A stretch of DNA of 62,980 nt, filler included, from Catajapyx aquilonaris (Eukaryota), in NCBI GenBank assembly GCA_000934665.2. It is 2 parts of 2 records of this genome, joined end to end, with 100 filler letters (N's around TTAATTAATTAA, not from the genome) between each part and the next. Parts side by side here need not be neighbours in the genome. Positions count along the whole stretch, not along the records: positions 31,564 to 62,980 come from KZ539163.1; 1 more part is not named here. One strand, given 5' to 3'. Shown in pieces: positions 33,558-48,800 of this stretch (positions are counted from its first letter, which is position 1; each line of letters opens with the position of its first letter). Under the pieces are notes generated by a model, which was given only the letters and a program-made list of their open reading frames with translations, searched no databases and was not told where the DNA came from. A program made the translations under genes and the position numbers.

Positions 33558-35813
33558 ACTAGGTTTTAGGTACCCTATGTCCACATAACCAGCCACAGTC
33601 CATGCAATCAGAGTTGCTGTGGACACAGCAACAACAAAGGGGACGAAGTATCCAGCCACTTTGTCAGCGAGTTTTTGTATGGGTGCTTTGGAAGTTTGGG
33701 CCTCCTCCATCAGCTTCACTATCTGGGCTAGTGTGGTCTCCTCTCCAATGTGAGTGGCCTCAATTATCAGGACACCAAACTGATTAATTGATCCACCTAT
33801 TACCATAGACCCTGGTGTACAAATGGATGCAAAGATTAGCAAAAAACTGAAGGAGAATAATGCATTAAGTATTATGACTGACTTTGGAATGCGACAATGT
33901 GTGTTCAACTTCACAGACTTTGTAAAAACAATTTATGTCATACTTTATCATTTCACGTCTAAACTTTAATTTTGCTCAAACTTTGCCATGTTTACACTAA
34001 TCTTATCAGTCAATAAATGGGTGTCACGGTGGTCTAGTGGTTATCGCCACAGCCTTCCACCTCGGATAGGACAGAGGATGCTTATGTGGAAAGAGTTTGG
34101 TTGGGTTCTCTCCGTGTTCGCATGGGTTTTCTCGGGGCTCTCCTGTTTCCTCTCCCTATCAAAACCCATCGGAGTACAGGCAAATGATTAAAGCTGGGTA
34201 TTTAAAAGATGATCCCCTAAAAGGCTCAATGAGGCCTATCATGGAGTATCCATCATCATCATTATTATAATAATATATTATTATTATTACAGTCGAATCC
34301 TGATAACTCGAACTACCATGGGACTGAGAAAAAAATTCGACTTATTGAATATGGTGGGGAAAACAGCACCCACACAAATTAAACACCTACAGTATGCGTC
34401 TCGCTACTGGGACACGATTGCAAGTGACCGCTAGACCCTAGACGAATGTAGACTACTATCCGTTTATTTAATATAGAGCCCTGTGTTTGACTCTAAATAA
34501 CTCCCAGGCAAATCATCCAAAAAAATAATGGTATGTATCGTTAGAAAGCTCGTTTAAATCCACGTTACATATATGCGAGTTGTTTTCGTATCGTCCGTCT
34601 CTAATTTTTTATCGTAAAAAGAAGGCGGAAAAGTGTCATTTTTTGACTAGTTTCCGACGTTGCACCGCAAAGTGAATTTTTTATGACACTTTCAGGAGGC
34701 CAAAAAAATCCCCCTGTGAACCCTGGGTAGTGCACATCTTTGTCTATCTAATGATATATTTGAAACATTGAGATCGCCATTTCTGTAATCATAATTAAGT
34801 TAATTGCACACCTCTGTTATCCCGGCCGTTTATAATCTGAATTACTTCGTGAATGTATCGACGGCAAGCCAGAAATGCGTGTGATAAGATTACATTGTGC
34901 TCTATTACACTAAAAATTTTAAACGTATTTAAAAGTATCGCTGTCTATTCCCGCCAGAAAGCAGGCTGGGTACTGTTCTATTAAACTTACTAAAACAATA
35001 CTTTTCAAATTTTTAGTGTAATAGAGCACAATGTAATCTTATCACACACATTTCTGGCTTGTCGTCGATACATTCACGAAGTAATTCGGATTATTAACGG
35101 CCGAGATAACAGGTGTGTGCAATTAACTTAATTATGATTACAGAAATGGCGATCTCAATGTTTCAAATATATCATTAGATAGGCAAAGATGTGCACTACC
35201 CAGGGTTCACAGGGGGATTTTTTTGGCCTCCTGAAAGTGTCATAAAAAATTCACTTTGCGGTGCAACGCCGGAAACTAGTCAAAAAATTACACTTTTCCG
35301 CCTTCTTTTTACGATAAAAAATTAGAGATGGACGATACGAAAACAACTCGCATATATGTAACGTGGATTTAAACAAGCTTTCTAATGATACATACCATTT
35401 TTTTTTTTTGATGATTTGCCTGGGAGTTATTTAGAGTCAAACACAGGGCTCTATATTAAATAAACGGATAGTAGTAGGCGGTTTTCACTGCCAGTGTTGT
35501 GCCGCGATTTCGTGCTGTGTGCAATCATTGTAAAGAAAAAGGTAGCCGTTTTGAGTATACCCTCTCGTGCCAGGTGAAGCCACAGCGATCCTCGCCTAGG
35601 GCATTTGTGACCACTCTGGAGGGAGGGGGAATTTTGGGTGGTGTGGTGGAAATTGCAGGGGCTTTTGAGTGGTGGTGTGGAGGTTGGGTGGCTGGGAGCT
35701 GCTCCGCGCGGATTTCGTAAGCAGATGGCACAATAAAGATGGCTCGACTGCCTTTCTCAACTTGGAAATTCCCTGGTGTTGACAGAATTCGAGTTATCGG
35801 AATTCAATTTGCC

Positions 35814-35873
<60 letters not shown>

Positions 35874-36136
35874 TATAATAATGGATACCCTGTGATAGGC
35901 CCCTTGAGCCTCTTAGGGGATCATCTTTTGAATAACCGACTTTAATCATTTGCCTGTAATGTGATGGATTTTGATAGTGGGAGGAAACGGGAGAACCCCG
36001 AGAAAACCCACGCGAACACGGAGAGAACCCATCGAAACTCTATCCACATAAGTATCCTCTGTCCGACCCGGGGATCGAACTCGGGACCTTAGAGGTGGAA
36101 GGCTGCGGCGCTAACCACTCGGCCACCGTGTCGCCC

Positions 36137-36203
<67 letters not shown>

Positions 36204-36783
36204 GATACCCCGTGATAAGCCTCCATGGGCTTTTTAGGGGATCATCTTTTTAAGTGACCGACTTTAATCATTGCCTTTGCTGTGATGGATTTTGATAGTG
36301 GGAGGAAATGGGAGAACCCTGAGAAAACCCACGCGAACACGGAGAGAACCCATCGAAACTCTATCCACATAAACATCCTCTGTCCGATCCGGGGATCGAA
36401 CTCGGGACCTTAAGAGGTGGAAGGCTGTGGCGCTAACCACTCGGCCACCGTGTCGCCCATTCAATTTGCATTACAGTATATGGAGAATCCGCATGTCCAA
36501 GATTTTCTTTGACTTATCGAGAATTTCGAGTTATCGGTATTCAAGTTATCAGGAATCTACTGTATTATTATTATATTATATATATTATATATTATATATT
36601 ATATAGCATTATATATATAATATAAATAGCTATATATATAATATAAATAGCTATATATATTATATATATATAATATAAATAGCTATATATATAATATATA
36701 TAATATAAATAGCTATATATATTATATATATTATATATTATTATATTATTATAAATTATATATTATTATATTATTATAAATTA

Positions 36784-36840
<57 letters not shown>

Positions 36841-39800
36841 CATCAGCCAATAATTTTCTTCTGGTGGCATGAAGGTCATGTGCATATGTAATTGTGGAAA
36901 TATCAAAATTAGCAAAAGATGCAATTTTGACGTCATTTGTTTCAAGTGAATCGGCAGCGAACCAAGTCAACAGAAGGGTACTGCTAATAGATGCACGCCA
37001 ATGATCCATTTCAATTCACACTAACCATTCTTATTTCCTCATTACAACCCTAGAAATGGCACAGAAAGCAAGGTGAGATCCTCCCTTTGGATACAGTCAT
37101 ATCCAATAGGGGGGCATGGTGGTCTAGTGGCTAGATGCTACTGGCCAGCCAAGCGGGAGGTATGGGGTTCATATCCCATCCTCGTCACCTTCGCTTGGTT
37201 GAATGTTTTTAAGCTTCTCACCCGACATGTCCGGGCAGAATTGCACTCCCTTCTCTGCCCAGGGCCAAGAGAAAAGGTCTGGTATTTAAGAGGGTCAGAA
37301 ACGACTACTTAAGAATGCCCTCCCTTGGGAACCTGTCCTTCCCCCCCTAAGAAGGCCTGTGACCCTATCACGCGGTATTAAAAACAAACAAACAGTAATA
37401 TCCAATAGCAAAAAAGGAATAGATATGGTTGTGAAAGGCAATGGCTGTCATGACAGTCAAGCACTGTCATGAATCCTTCTTAAACAGTTCAAATTAGTCA
37501 TGTTTGAGCATTCTTACAAGGAACATATCTCGGGTGATAATAACAGATCTTGATGAAGCTGAATATGCTAATAAAGGACAATATATGATAACCAAACAAG
37601 AAGTCATTTCAGGCTGAAGTCATATTTGCAAGTTATGATATGTTAAAGTGACAAAAATGGTACATTTTCATACGCAAAGGGATTACATTAGAGACCACAG
37701 ATAATAGTATTGAAGTGTGTATCAATTTTATTGTAGCAAATACACTCGAACAGTAAAGAAGTAGGCCTAATCAATGAGGTTTACACTCATGATATGTCAT
37801 GATATGAACTTCTTTTGTTCTGCACATTTCAATACCGGTATTAGTTTCTGTATCAACCGTTCATTAAAAAGTGAACTGCATATTACGTTTAAATAAATTG
37901 TATGACAGTTAAATAATGTGTATTTGGTACACTAAAACTGATTACACACTTCAATGCTATTATATGTGGTTGCTAATGTAATCCCATTGCGTAAGAAAAT
38001 GTACAATTTTTGTAACTTTAGCATGTCATAACTTTTGCAAATATGAACTTCAGCCCGAAATGACTTCATTTTTGGTTATCATCATTCTATTGTCCTTTAT
38101 TAGCATATTCAGATTCATCAAGATCTGTTATTATCACCGGAGATATGTTCCTTGTCAGTATGGTCAGTATTCTTTTACCCCGTGACAGGGCGGAGCCCTT
38201 TTAGGAGGGTGGCATACCTCATCACTTTTCTTCGATTTTTCTGACTCTTACTTCACACATGGGTGGGGACAAGAGTAGGGAAGGAAGCGGCTGTGGCCTA
38301 TTTTTAAGGAAACAACCCCGGAATTGTCCTGGGGGGGACTGGAAAACCACGGTCAGGGTCGCCGACCCCGGGATTCAAACCCAGGACCTCCCTATTAGCA
38401 GGCGGACTCCATATCCACTACACCAACCTCAACACCTCATGTCTTTCTGCCTCCAGAAAATTCTTGGCAGGTGACAGGGTATAGAGACTGACTAAGATGC
38501 CAAGGACTACGCTTGGCAGCAACAGTACTAGACAAAGCATTACAAAATCTGGTGTCCTAGTTCAAAAAATGATTTAACTTGACATAATGTTTGTGTGCAG
38601 CAAATTAAAAATCTACTGATGTTTTATTATTTTGATTAAACCTAATTTAAAGCACCATACAGTATGTGCAGCAGTTCATTCAAAACCTCTGAATCACTTA
38701 TTTTTATGGTATCTAGGACCATTTTCAGTTTATATTTGCTTTCTGATTTTCTGGGCATGCCTGTGCATTAATATTAGCATGGACAATTGGGAATGCAGTG
38801 TATATGTCCTTATTGGCAAATATGTTGTAAGCCCCAAAATATTCTTTTATATGCAAAATAAGACCCTCATTTATGTGTCCAGAAAGCTGTGATTTGAGCT
38901 CCTGTGAACGTCTCAACTTTTCTTCCAACATCAGAAAAACATAATTATGCAAAAAAATACAATCCAATATCTACTCTGTCAATAAATAAATTATTTGTGA
39001 AATATGCCAATAGTGACAATGTGAAGTGTGTGTGCTACCTCAGCAATCTAATTATACCACTAAAAAGTTATAACTAATAAAAGTGTTTTCCCCTTTAAAC
39101 AGAAAAAAAATCCCTATAGTTGCAAAATCAGTACATTGTAACCTTACCAACTCTCTTTGGCACTGGCATTGACTCCCCAGTTATAACTGACTCATCACAC
39201 ATTGAACTACCATGGAGAACCCTGCCATCCACAGGAACTTTAGACCCAGGCATAACCTGAAACAATAACCAATCATTAGAATTAATCTCACATTCGGTAT
39301 TAACACTGTCGTAATATACCCACCTTAAGTTTGTCTCCACGTTGCACAAGCTCAACTGATATTTGGCTCTCACTTAAAATTTCAAAGCCTTTACCAACTT
39401 GTATAAGAATGGCTTCTGTTGGCTGAAGGGACAGAAGTTTAGCCAACGCCTCCGATGTCTTGCGCTGTATTCCAGTGTCAAGATCAATTATATATGCAAC
39501 ATTGTAAATTATGCAATGCATTGTATTGTTATTTAATAGCCTATTTCTAATGTTATGTTATAAAAGTATGTCAGGGGTTGAAAGATTTGAATGCAAAGGT
39601 GCAATTTGCACTCCAGTTGCTCCAGCTTTTTAACTTGGCTAAACCCAGTAATTAAAAATTAACCATGCCAAGTAATTTGCACTCCATGTGAACGTCGGTA
39701 GTGCAAACTTTGCACCTGGACAAAAAAGTTAAGAATTGACCCCTGGTATATGTAAATTATCACCCTACACATGTAACAGGTTTACAGAGAGAAAAAAATT

Positions 39801-42800
39801 GCAAGCTACAGGCCTATAGCAGGCTTAGATCTGAGCGCCTAAGATAGAAATAAAACAGCTAAAAAAATTACATTCAGATAGTTACACCACAGAGGACACC
39901 AAAAACATGCCTTTCTGGTGCACATGCAATATACAGGGTGAAGGGAAACTCGCGCCAAATTGCCAGTTAGACTGATAGTACTCGCAAAACTAATATAGGG
40001 ATGTGCAATTAGTCTTTGGCTCCATTGCGTAGTTAATGGGTATGGCGCCCTTAAAGTGTAGAGAGCCGGATGGTGGAATATGTGGCAAACACGACAGAGT
40101 GCATGGGTGTCGTACCCGGATTCTTACTCTGACGGGATTTGATCGCTTTTTGCACATGGGCGATGTGTTAGGGGACCAAGGCAAGGGACCGGAGGCCCTC
40201 GATCGGACTTTTGCTTATTAGAAGTTGGCGGAATGGATGTGACGTCACAAAATTTTAATGGCACCGTATGCATTAACTACACAATAGAGCCAAAACTAAT
40301 TGCACATCCCTATATTAGTTTTGCGAGTACTATCAGTCTACCTGGCGATTTGGCATGAGTTTCCCTGCACCCTGTATACTCTAAGCGTCTAAGGAGCACT
40401 TATGCAAACATCTCAACAAAATCAAAATATGTTCAGACTAGAACTTTCACACCTAGCATAGCTAGTCTTCACAGGCCTTAACAAGAAAAATTAGTAGCTG
40501 TCAAATAATAACCTTTGCAATATTTTCCAACCATCTTCCAAGTGAAATGAAGAGCAGCAGCATAGGCGGCGTTTCAAAAAATGTCATAGGACTAGGCATT
40601 AATCCTATTATTAATGCTGCCATCAGGACACACACAGAATACACATAGGACACAGTAGTAGCCAGTATCACCAAGACATCCATGTTGGTTGTGCCATGCT
40701 TCAAGGCTTTGTAAGCAGCCTTGTAAAAGTGACGCCCCCCTATGAACTGCAAAAGTGTGAACAAGATTCAGTCATGAGTATATCTCTGGTGCACTGCTTA
40801 TATCTAAGTACAAAATAAGTCCAGTGCAAAAATAAAACAAGGATATTAAGTACTACCTATGTGCTGATTTACAGAAAGTTAAAAACTGGTTCTGTTACAT
40901 TCAATAATAATTAAGATGATTTAAATAACTTGAAAAATTAATTCAAACAGGCCTCAGGCCATATTATTGTTCCATTATGGTCAAATTTTATCAGCAGGTG
41001 AAATGGATACATCTGTTGTGAACAACAAATAGATCATCAGACACAAATCCATGAAAATAATTTGGTGGCTTTTCACCTTATAAAGCAAGAATATTCGTTA
41101 GTTCTCACATTACTAACGCCATGGACTATATCTTAGAGTTTCAGTCACAAGTTACACAGGTCAGAGAGAGGAATAGAAGAGCCTGAAATGGACTCACCTG
41201 TACAGGAGTGGATAGCAGAAAAAGGAGAAAATTTTCCATCGAGAGACCAGTGGCAATGCAGTATGGCAATTCACAGTCTAAGGCGTGACGCTTATGCTTC
41301 GGTGCAATGTACATAAAGTATGACATGACAGCCATACAAGGGATCCCAAACACAAGTGACACGAGAAATGCATTTCTCCATTTCTGGATTTCCTCATGGT
41401 GGTCTAGGTAGGAAGAGTCCCGTGGTCCTCCTGTCATTATCTCCACGCTATAACCTAGGTCCTGAAAAACAGGCCCTGTACAAATCTAACATGCTGCAAA
41501 ACAGGTGATACAGGTTTTAAGTATTGAAAAGAAAATTGTATGCTACTCTACAGTATATCATGGGCATTCAAAGAAATCCACAAAGTCCCAAAAAAAACTG
41601 TTTTGAGATAATCCAAAGCAAAGATTTGACTTTGCACTTGTTTACATGTAAGTGAAGGGAAAAAAATCCTGGTTCGCTGGCTAATTCTGAATCTTTAGGA
41701 TGAAGTGGACTTCACTAGTGGCAAGGGCAGAAAAAAATGGTACTTGGTAGCGTAAATAACTCAACACCAACAAAAATGGGATCAGTGGATTTCTCTTGTA
41801 CGCTCACGACAATCACCTGCAATGAAATTCCTTGCACCGTAACAAAAATCACTTTGTAAAATACAATATTTTCTTACTACTACTATATCCCATATTAACA
41901 TGTGTTAAAATTACTCTCCCAGAATTAAAACAATTATCAATCGGCAGTCACATAACAAACAGATTAGGACCTCCCAGGTTTTCTGGCTATGCCAAGAAAG
42001 AGAAGCTATCACCTTCGCCCTTCGGCATGCCTGCTATCTATTTTCTCAGGGAAAAAAACCCTCCATCATATGCTTATGGATTCCAGTACCACACATTCCA
42101 AGTGCACCTTCGTAGTTGTCACATTGTTAACTTGGGTGCACCTTGTTCTGTGCAAAAGAAAGTTACATATGCTTTCAAGTCTGCCACAAATTGATGCATG
42201 TGTGCATTGTATTATTGCAAAACTTCTGTTAGGAGTATATAAAATTTAAAGTGCATGAATATACTATATTTCTTTCTTTCACAAAGTATGCCACTCTAAC
42301 AATGAATCAGATCTGATCTTCAGGATAACAATTGTTTACTTTAGTCAAAGAGAGCTGAAAAGGTGAGGGTGGGGGATTTGCCAGATCATCAGGAGGACGT
42401 TCCTAAAAGCACTGGTAGCTGACTGGTGTGACCGGAACTGTTCCTAAATTCTCCGGTCTGCTGACCGATAGCTGAGGCAATGTCATGTATGACGTCACCG
42501 GTAGGGAACCGCTTGGACCGGCCGAGGGATATGGTTCGTCTGGTCGATCCAACATGGCGACTCCCAGCACTGGGTATGAGATGGGGTATGAGCATGTGAA
42601 ACTGGCCTACCTCGGACGTTTTAACACCGAAAAGGATGTATTAATGAGCTGCGGCCATTTCTGTCCCCTGGCATGTCTATTTCAGGCTCAGGTGAGGCTA
42701 TGCAGATGTTTCGAAAGAGGGTGACTAATTCCATGTTCGAATTCTGCGGTTGGTTGTTACCGGTGCGTTCCAAAAAACGTTCCTTTAATCCGAGCGCTAA

Positions 42801-45800
42801 CGTCATTGGTAGCCGTACTGGAGGGGAGCAGGCAGGGCGCATCGGTCTGCGCACCGGTGCTTTTAGGAACGTCCTCCAGGTGTCATGTTATCACAGTTCT
42901 TTTCATACAAATGATCTGATTCTATGAGTGATTATTACATGACAAAATTTTTAGATAATTTTTTTCCCAACCCAGGAGTAATACATATATCAATGGCATA
43001 AAAGGAAGCTACAAACACTTCATAAATGTAACAAATTAATAGTAAGTTCCATTGAATTACCTTACAAAGAGCATGCACTATAGTCTAGAAGAGCCAATTC
43101 TAAAATTTAAATAGCATCAAAAACCCCACACTAACCTGTATTTTATTAAGAATGTCCCTGGTCCCTGTTCTTTCTGGATCAAACTTGAACACACCTATCT
43201 CAGTGGCTAGTGCTACTGATGCATACATCACACCAGGGATTTTCTTCACACTGGACTCAATGTTGTTCACACAAGAAGAGCATGTCATTCCCTTGATCTG
43301 CAGTTCTACTTGGCCTTGGCCCCCTGAGGGGTCATCCACCACATCAGCAGGGAATCCCAAGTCAGTTATGGAAGAAGCTATCCTGGGAGGTGAAGTCCTG
43401 TTGGGGTCAAATTTGACCTCTGCCTTGGCTGCCATGAGTGCTACCAATATACTCTTGACACCTTCAATCTTTCTGGCATGCTTCTCAATAGCCGACACAC
43501 ATGATGCACATGTCATCCCCTTAACCCTCAGGACACACTTCTTGATATTGGAATCTATTACATCTTCTTCAATTTTCTCAATTGACACAGCCATCTCAGA
43601 GGACGAGCGGGAGACTGTACTCGCAGCACGGAACATGCGGATTTCCTCTTCGTTCATGTCAATCTCAACTATACAGAATGTAAGAGTAGTATTAATATTA
43701 ATAACAATAACAATAATAACAACAACTTAGTAATAGAAGCAGTGTAATAGTTTGCTTTGAAATACTACATATATCAATATTCCATGTCATTGTTGACAAA
43801 TCCACCCATATGGAACAATTAAATCTAACTTTTCAGTGGGAATAATAGATGATTGTCCAACAAGGAAGCAACGCTGCTTATATAAATCAAGTTTATTTGC
43901 TGATTTCCAGTACCATAGAGGGTGCTCTTTTGGATAAAGTGGAGAAAACCTTTTCAGAGCCTGATATTAATTTGAACAGATAACCCCCATCACACCTTGG
44001 GGTGGACTTGTTCTGTATGCTGTGTGTTCACTTCAGAAGGTCTAGACCACAACATATCTTCGACTTTTCAATCCAATCAAGAACATATTTTTGGTAAGCT
44101 GAGAACAATAGTTTCAGAGTGTGATGAAGAGGTTCTTTCAGATGGGTTATTTTTAGTAAGACTGCCTGTTTTGGGAAATATAACTAAGTTCAGGATGTTT
44201 CTTGAAGGAAGGGTTCAGTCATCCAGCAAGTTGGACTCCAAACAATTTTAAAAATTCTATGATTCCATGTGTGCTATCAGTTATTGAATTTGATGACACA
44301 TAAATAAACACCATTCAGTTTCAGTTGTAATCCAGGAACAGTGTCAGAAATTCAGTATTGCATCTCCTGTGACACCTATCTGAGCTCCATGGAACCTACC
44401 AGGTGAAGGCCCAGTGTGATTGGATCTCTGCCTGGGGGAGGAATTATCTTTGCATATTTTGTCACTTTGCATTACTTTGTTCTCACTCACTTGCAGCACT
44501 GGTGCATACCGGTCGCGAGGCCCTGAGCCATAGTCGGGAGCGGGGCCCCTTCAATCGGGGAGAGATTTAGGGGCCACGCTGCGCAGAGGTCCTATTTTTA
44601 TCTGCCTATTCCTATACACGCGTTGGTTACGATATTAGTCGCTCAAATTTGCACCTTTTTCTCAGAGACAGGAGAGAGAAACGTGTCAATTTTCAATGCC
44701 CTTGAGCTGCGACACGTAGGTATGAATTTTAGGAGATGGACGGGGAGGCAAGAGTGAAGATGATGCGACGTACTGTATTAGTAAATTGCAAATAAATGCA
44801 GATGGGCTGCATGGCCTGATTTGGCTGAGTCAGTCCAGAAATTTTCTGGAAATAACTTCGTTATAGTGCCAGCATCGGCAGTAATGCCCAGACTCTGATA
44901 TTGAAATGGATGATTTTTTCACACCGCAAATAGACAAGATACCTGGTTTTTCTTGTCTTAATCACAATTAATTATCATAAATAACACGATTATAAAGCCA
45001 CAGACCGACCTGAAAATCTTGGCACCATCAATGGCTTAAAATGCAATTTTTTAATTGACATTTCTGTCCCCAAAAATTCTTAATACTCTTCATCTCGCCC
45101 GGCCATCAAAAATTGATATGCAAAGTAGCGAATTAGAGAAAATGTGGCCATTCTTCAATATGTTACACGTACTTAAACTAGGTCTCCTATGACACGTAGT
45201 GTGAATATTCCGAATTTTTCACTCATAACGGATCACTCACACAGTGCTCTATCCTCCAAACAATGTTTTTTAAACTCATTTGTGGAATTCGTGGTAGTAA
45301 TTCCTCTCAGAAGAGAATTAAAGATAAATATGAAATTAACTTTCAAGGCCAAAACTTCAGGTATGGGGATTGCTCCTTCTCTTCTATCCTAGCTCCTAGC
45401 ATGGAACAGTGTTGGACATAAATCGAGGCAACTGCCAGCGACATTTTCCGAAGCGGCAGAAGAAGGAATCAACGATAAGCATACTGCAAGCCGGGTGAGC
45501 AAGATTCCTTTTTCTGCCGCTTTGGAAAATGTTGCTGGCAGTTGCCTCGATTTATGTCCAGCACTGTACCTCACTATTCTAGATTTTAAAACTGAACTGT
45601 AGTGCAAAGCACACTTCCTTGTGGGTGTATAGGTACACCCAGGAGGCGACAGTATCAATCGTTGCCACAGAATTATTTTTAAAACTTATGTATCCTATCC
45701 GAGGAGGTTAAGGTTATTGTTAATTGATGTCAATAATAGGCTACACATTAAATTAATAACAATAGTAGGCCTATACCTCTAAAAAAAGGTACACATGTTA

Positions 45801-48800
45801 CAAACCCAAGACGACCCCACTGCACGGGGGCCCCTCAGGCGCGGGGCCCGGGGCGGCCACCCCACTCGCGCCCCCACGCGCCGGCGCTGCTCACTTGTCA
45901 GTACTTAATGGGAAGAAATAATGCTAGGCATCTCTTTTATTCTGGCATTACTGCACTGATTGCCATTGTTAGATATTTTTTCTTATCATAGCTGTTTCAA
46001 AGACTTTCTGCTAGGGGGATTACAGGTTGGCACTAGGCACATTCCCATGTGCCACAAAAAGGTGATCTTCAATCACGATTCTGAGGGGCAAAATAAAGAT
46101 TGCTTGGAGACGGTTTCCACGAGCAATGGACTTTTTGTGATTTTCAGTAGATGGCTCCAGAAGTGCCCTCCTATCTAATGAAGAAATTATTTTTGCTTTG
46201 GCTCACGGCAAAAGGGGGTGACTGTGATAGGCTTGGCTCTAATGGCATGGAGGCATGTTATCTACATTATTGCACAGGTCCTGGCTGTCCCCAGAGCAAG
46301 ATGGCAGAAGAGACGAAGCAGTTAGCCACCATGTTGCTTGGTTAAGTGCGGGTCCAAGAGGGGAGTGACATCAGGATCACAACTGGAAACCTAGCAGTCA
46401 GCATGTAGAAGCTGACTTGGCGAATCAGCTTTGTAATCACGTTCGGGTGGAGGAAAGGCATGTGAAACACCCCAATTGCAATTTTCGGGGGGAAGAATCA
46501 TGACCATTGTGGCACGTGGGGAGGGTCCCACTGGCTTTTATAAAAACTACCATCCGGAGTTGTTTCCTAATAAACAGGCCACAGCCGCCCCCTTCCTTTC
46601 CTATCCTCTCCCAAAGAGCAATAAGTAAAAATGCAAGCAAAGAGTTCCAGACAAAACAAAAATTCCCCCCTAAAGAGCCGCCGGCTGATAACGGGGTATG
46701 AATTATTATTATATATTATTATTATTATAAAAACTACTTTTGACTAGAAATGTTACACTTTCATTATGTGTGTTACCAAAACTGATGGCATATTTAGAAT
46801 CAGTGATCTTCTTCTGATTTTTTGGGCCTAACTTGCAAATGACTGAATTCTAAAGGGTTAAGAGACAACCACTCAACCAATATGTTTGAGTTAGGGGAGA
46901 CGGAGTGGGGCTGCAGTAACGTATGCGCCCACGGATGTTCAGGTCCCACGTTCGAACCCAACACGGGGTTCCCCCCTTCATGTCATGCAGAATTGGGCCA
47001 TCTCTGGCTTCGTCTCAGGTGGAAATTTCCGCTAGACTAATCCACCTGGGGGAGTTCACAAAATGACCAATACACGACATTGCACTTGCACTTTGCACAT
47101 CCCCTCCTACTTACCCTTGGAACAATTAAATATAAACATGATATATGGTTCCAAAAATTGGTGGTATTCCACCTCCCTAAGAGGGCCTAGGGCCTTAGCA
47201 TGGGGTACCAAAAAAAAAAAAAAAAACGTGAGAGTTAGAGTTTTTGATCAAATAGTGGGATCCATTAACTTTTATTTTGGATAGAATATATGATTCTTTT
47301 CATTGCAAGATAAAGTTTCAAAAGCAAGGATGGCCCCAGGCAGGGAGAAAAGTGTACAGCTACGTAATGTGTATAAGTACCAGATTCTTGTACCTGTATG
47401 ATGTCAGTCTTGATTGATTATATTGGGTCATTCAGATGAAAATTAGCCACGGTCATATAGCAAATTTCCAGATGGATTTGTCGCGACATGTCATACACAA
47501 TATGAAGGCCATACCAGTGTAGTATTATGACAGACTGACAGTTGGCCATTCGATCACTTGACACAGTCACAGTGTGCTTATGTTCAGGACCCCCCCATCA
47601 AAAAGACTGTCCAGTCAGATATGGAAGCTATGAATGTTGATCAGCCAGCGGTAATCAGTTTTTGATCCACGGAATGTGTCGGCAGTACAGAAATCCATCT
47701 CCGTATGAAAACCGTGTACAAAAACTGCATGTCTTTGCCACGTGTTAGAGACTGGAGTAAGCGGTTTGCTTGCCTTGGCCTGGAATCACCGCAGTCAACA
47801 ACAACGGCTCCTCTTGGAACTGCTTACTCCAGACTCTAACACTTGGCAAAATCATAGTTTTTGTACACGGTACTCATTCTGAAATGAATTTCTGTACTGC
47901 CGATACATTCCGTGGTTCAAAAACAATACCGCTGGCTGATCAACTTTCGTTGCTTCCATATCTGACTGGGCGGTTTTTTTGAAGGGGGAGTCCTGAGCAA
48001 AATCACACTGTGACTGTGTCGAGTGATCAAATGGCCTACGGTCAGTGTGTCATAATACTACATTAGTACGGCCTTCGTTTTGTGTAAAACATGTCGCGAC
48101 AAACCCATCCAGAAATTTGCTATGTGACCATGGCTCGTTTTCATCTGAATGAGCCTAACATGTTTTATTATTATTATTATTATTATTATTTCTATTACCC
48201 CGTGATAACCCGATCAGGGTTTATAGGGGGGTGGATTACCACCATTTAATAATAATTTTTCCATTTTTCTTCAGTCACTGTGCAAGGAATTCAGGAAATG
48301 GGGTAGGGATAGGGATTGTTGGGGAGGGGACACTGGTGCAGGTGCAATGTCTTAACCTTTGGGCCATGTGCAGTCCCCCAGAAGGTTAGGTTGCCAGACA
48401 CCTTCAAGGTGCAGGTCAGAAACCCTCCTAACGCAGGTGGAAGGGAACTCCCAGGCGGGGATCGAACCTGGGACCTTCCACTCAGCAAGCCGAGACATTA
48501 CCATCTCGGCCACCACACCTCCCCGAATGAGCCTAATATTATAATCGTGGGTAGTGCAGTCACCCTTGAGTGTTTCGCACGGACCTTTATTGATCATTAA
48601 TTGCGGAGTACATATGTACAGTTGGAACCTTGAGCGAAGCGCCCGGAATGACCCTAATATTTAAAATTAATTAACATAAAAATTTCAATTGTGTAGCTCT
48701 GAAGGATCCCTCTCAGGATTGATTCTGGTGCATACCATGATAATTTTTACTGGAAGGTTGCCCCTAATAATATTAGATAAAAACGGAAAACTCAGTTTAT

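Larger units (their letters stand above)
34290..36562. mobile_element. Tigger/pogo-type MITE expanded by nested insertions
   Basis: TA|CAGTCGAATCCTGATAACTCGAA ... TTCAAGTTATCAGGAATCTACTG|TA. Confidence 0.75.

Noticed and set aside
36060..36458. tRNA genes (A/B boxes; also at 37110, 48450, 59750)
   Set aside because: The heads continue into SINE bodies with simple-repeat tails and TSDs, and I could not build a clean cloverleaf.
43152..43730. 192-aa plus-strand ORF (similarly 3848-4363 and 28947-29498)
   Set aside because: These are antisense shadows of real coding exons.
43790..46380. Possible decayed coding remnant or nested gene in an ATP7 intron, split by the hAT element
   Set aside because: Only short interrupted frames with no family motif I can recognise; it would need a translated search.
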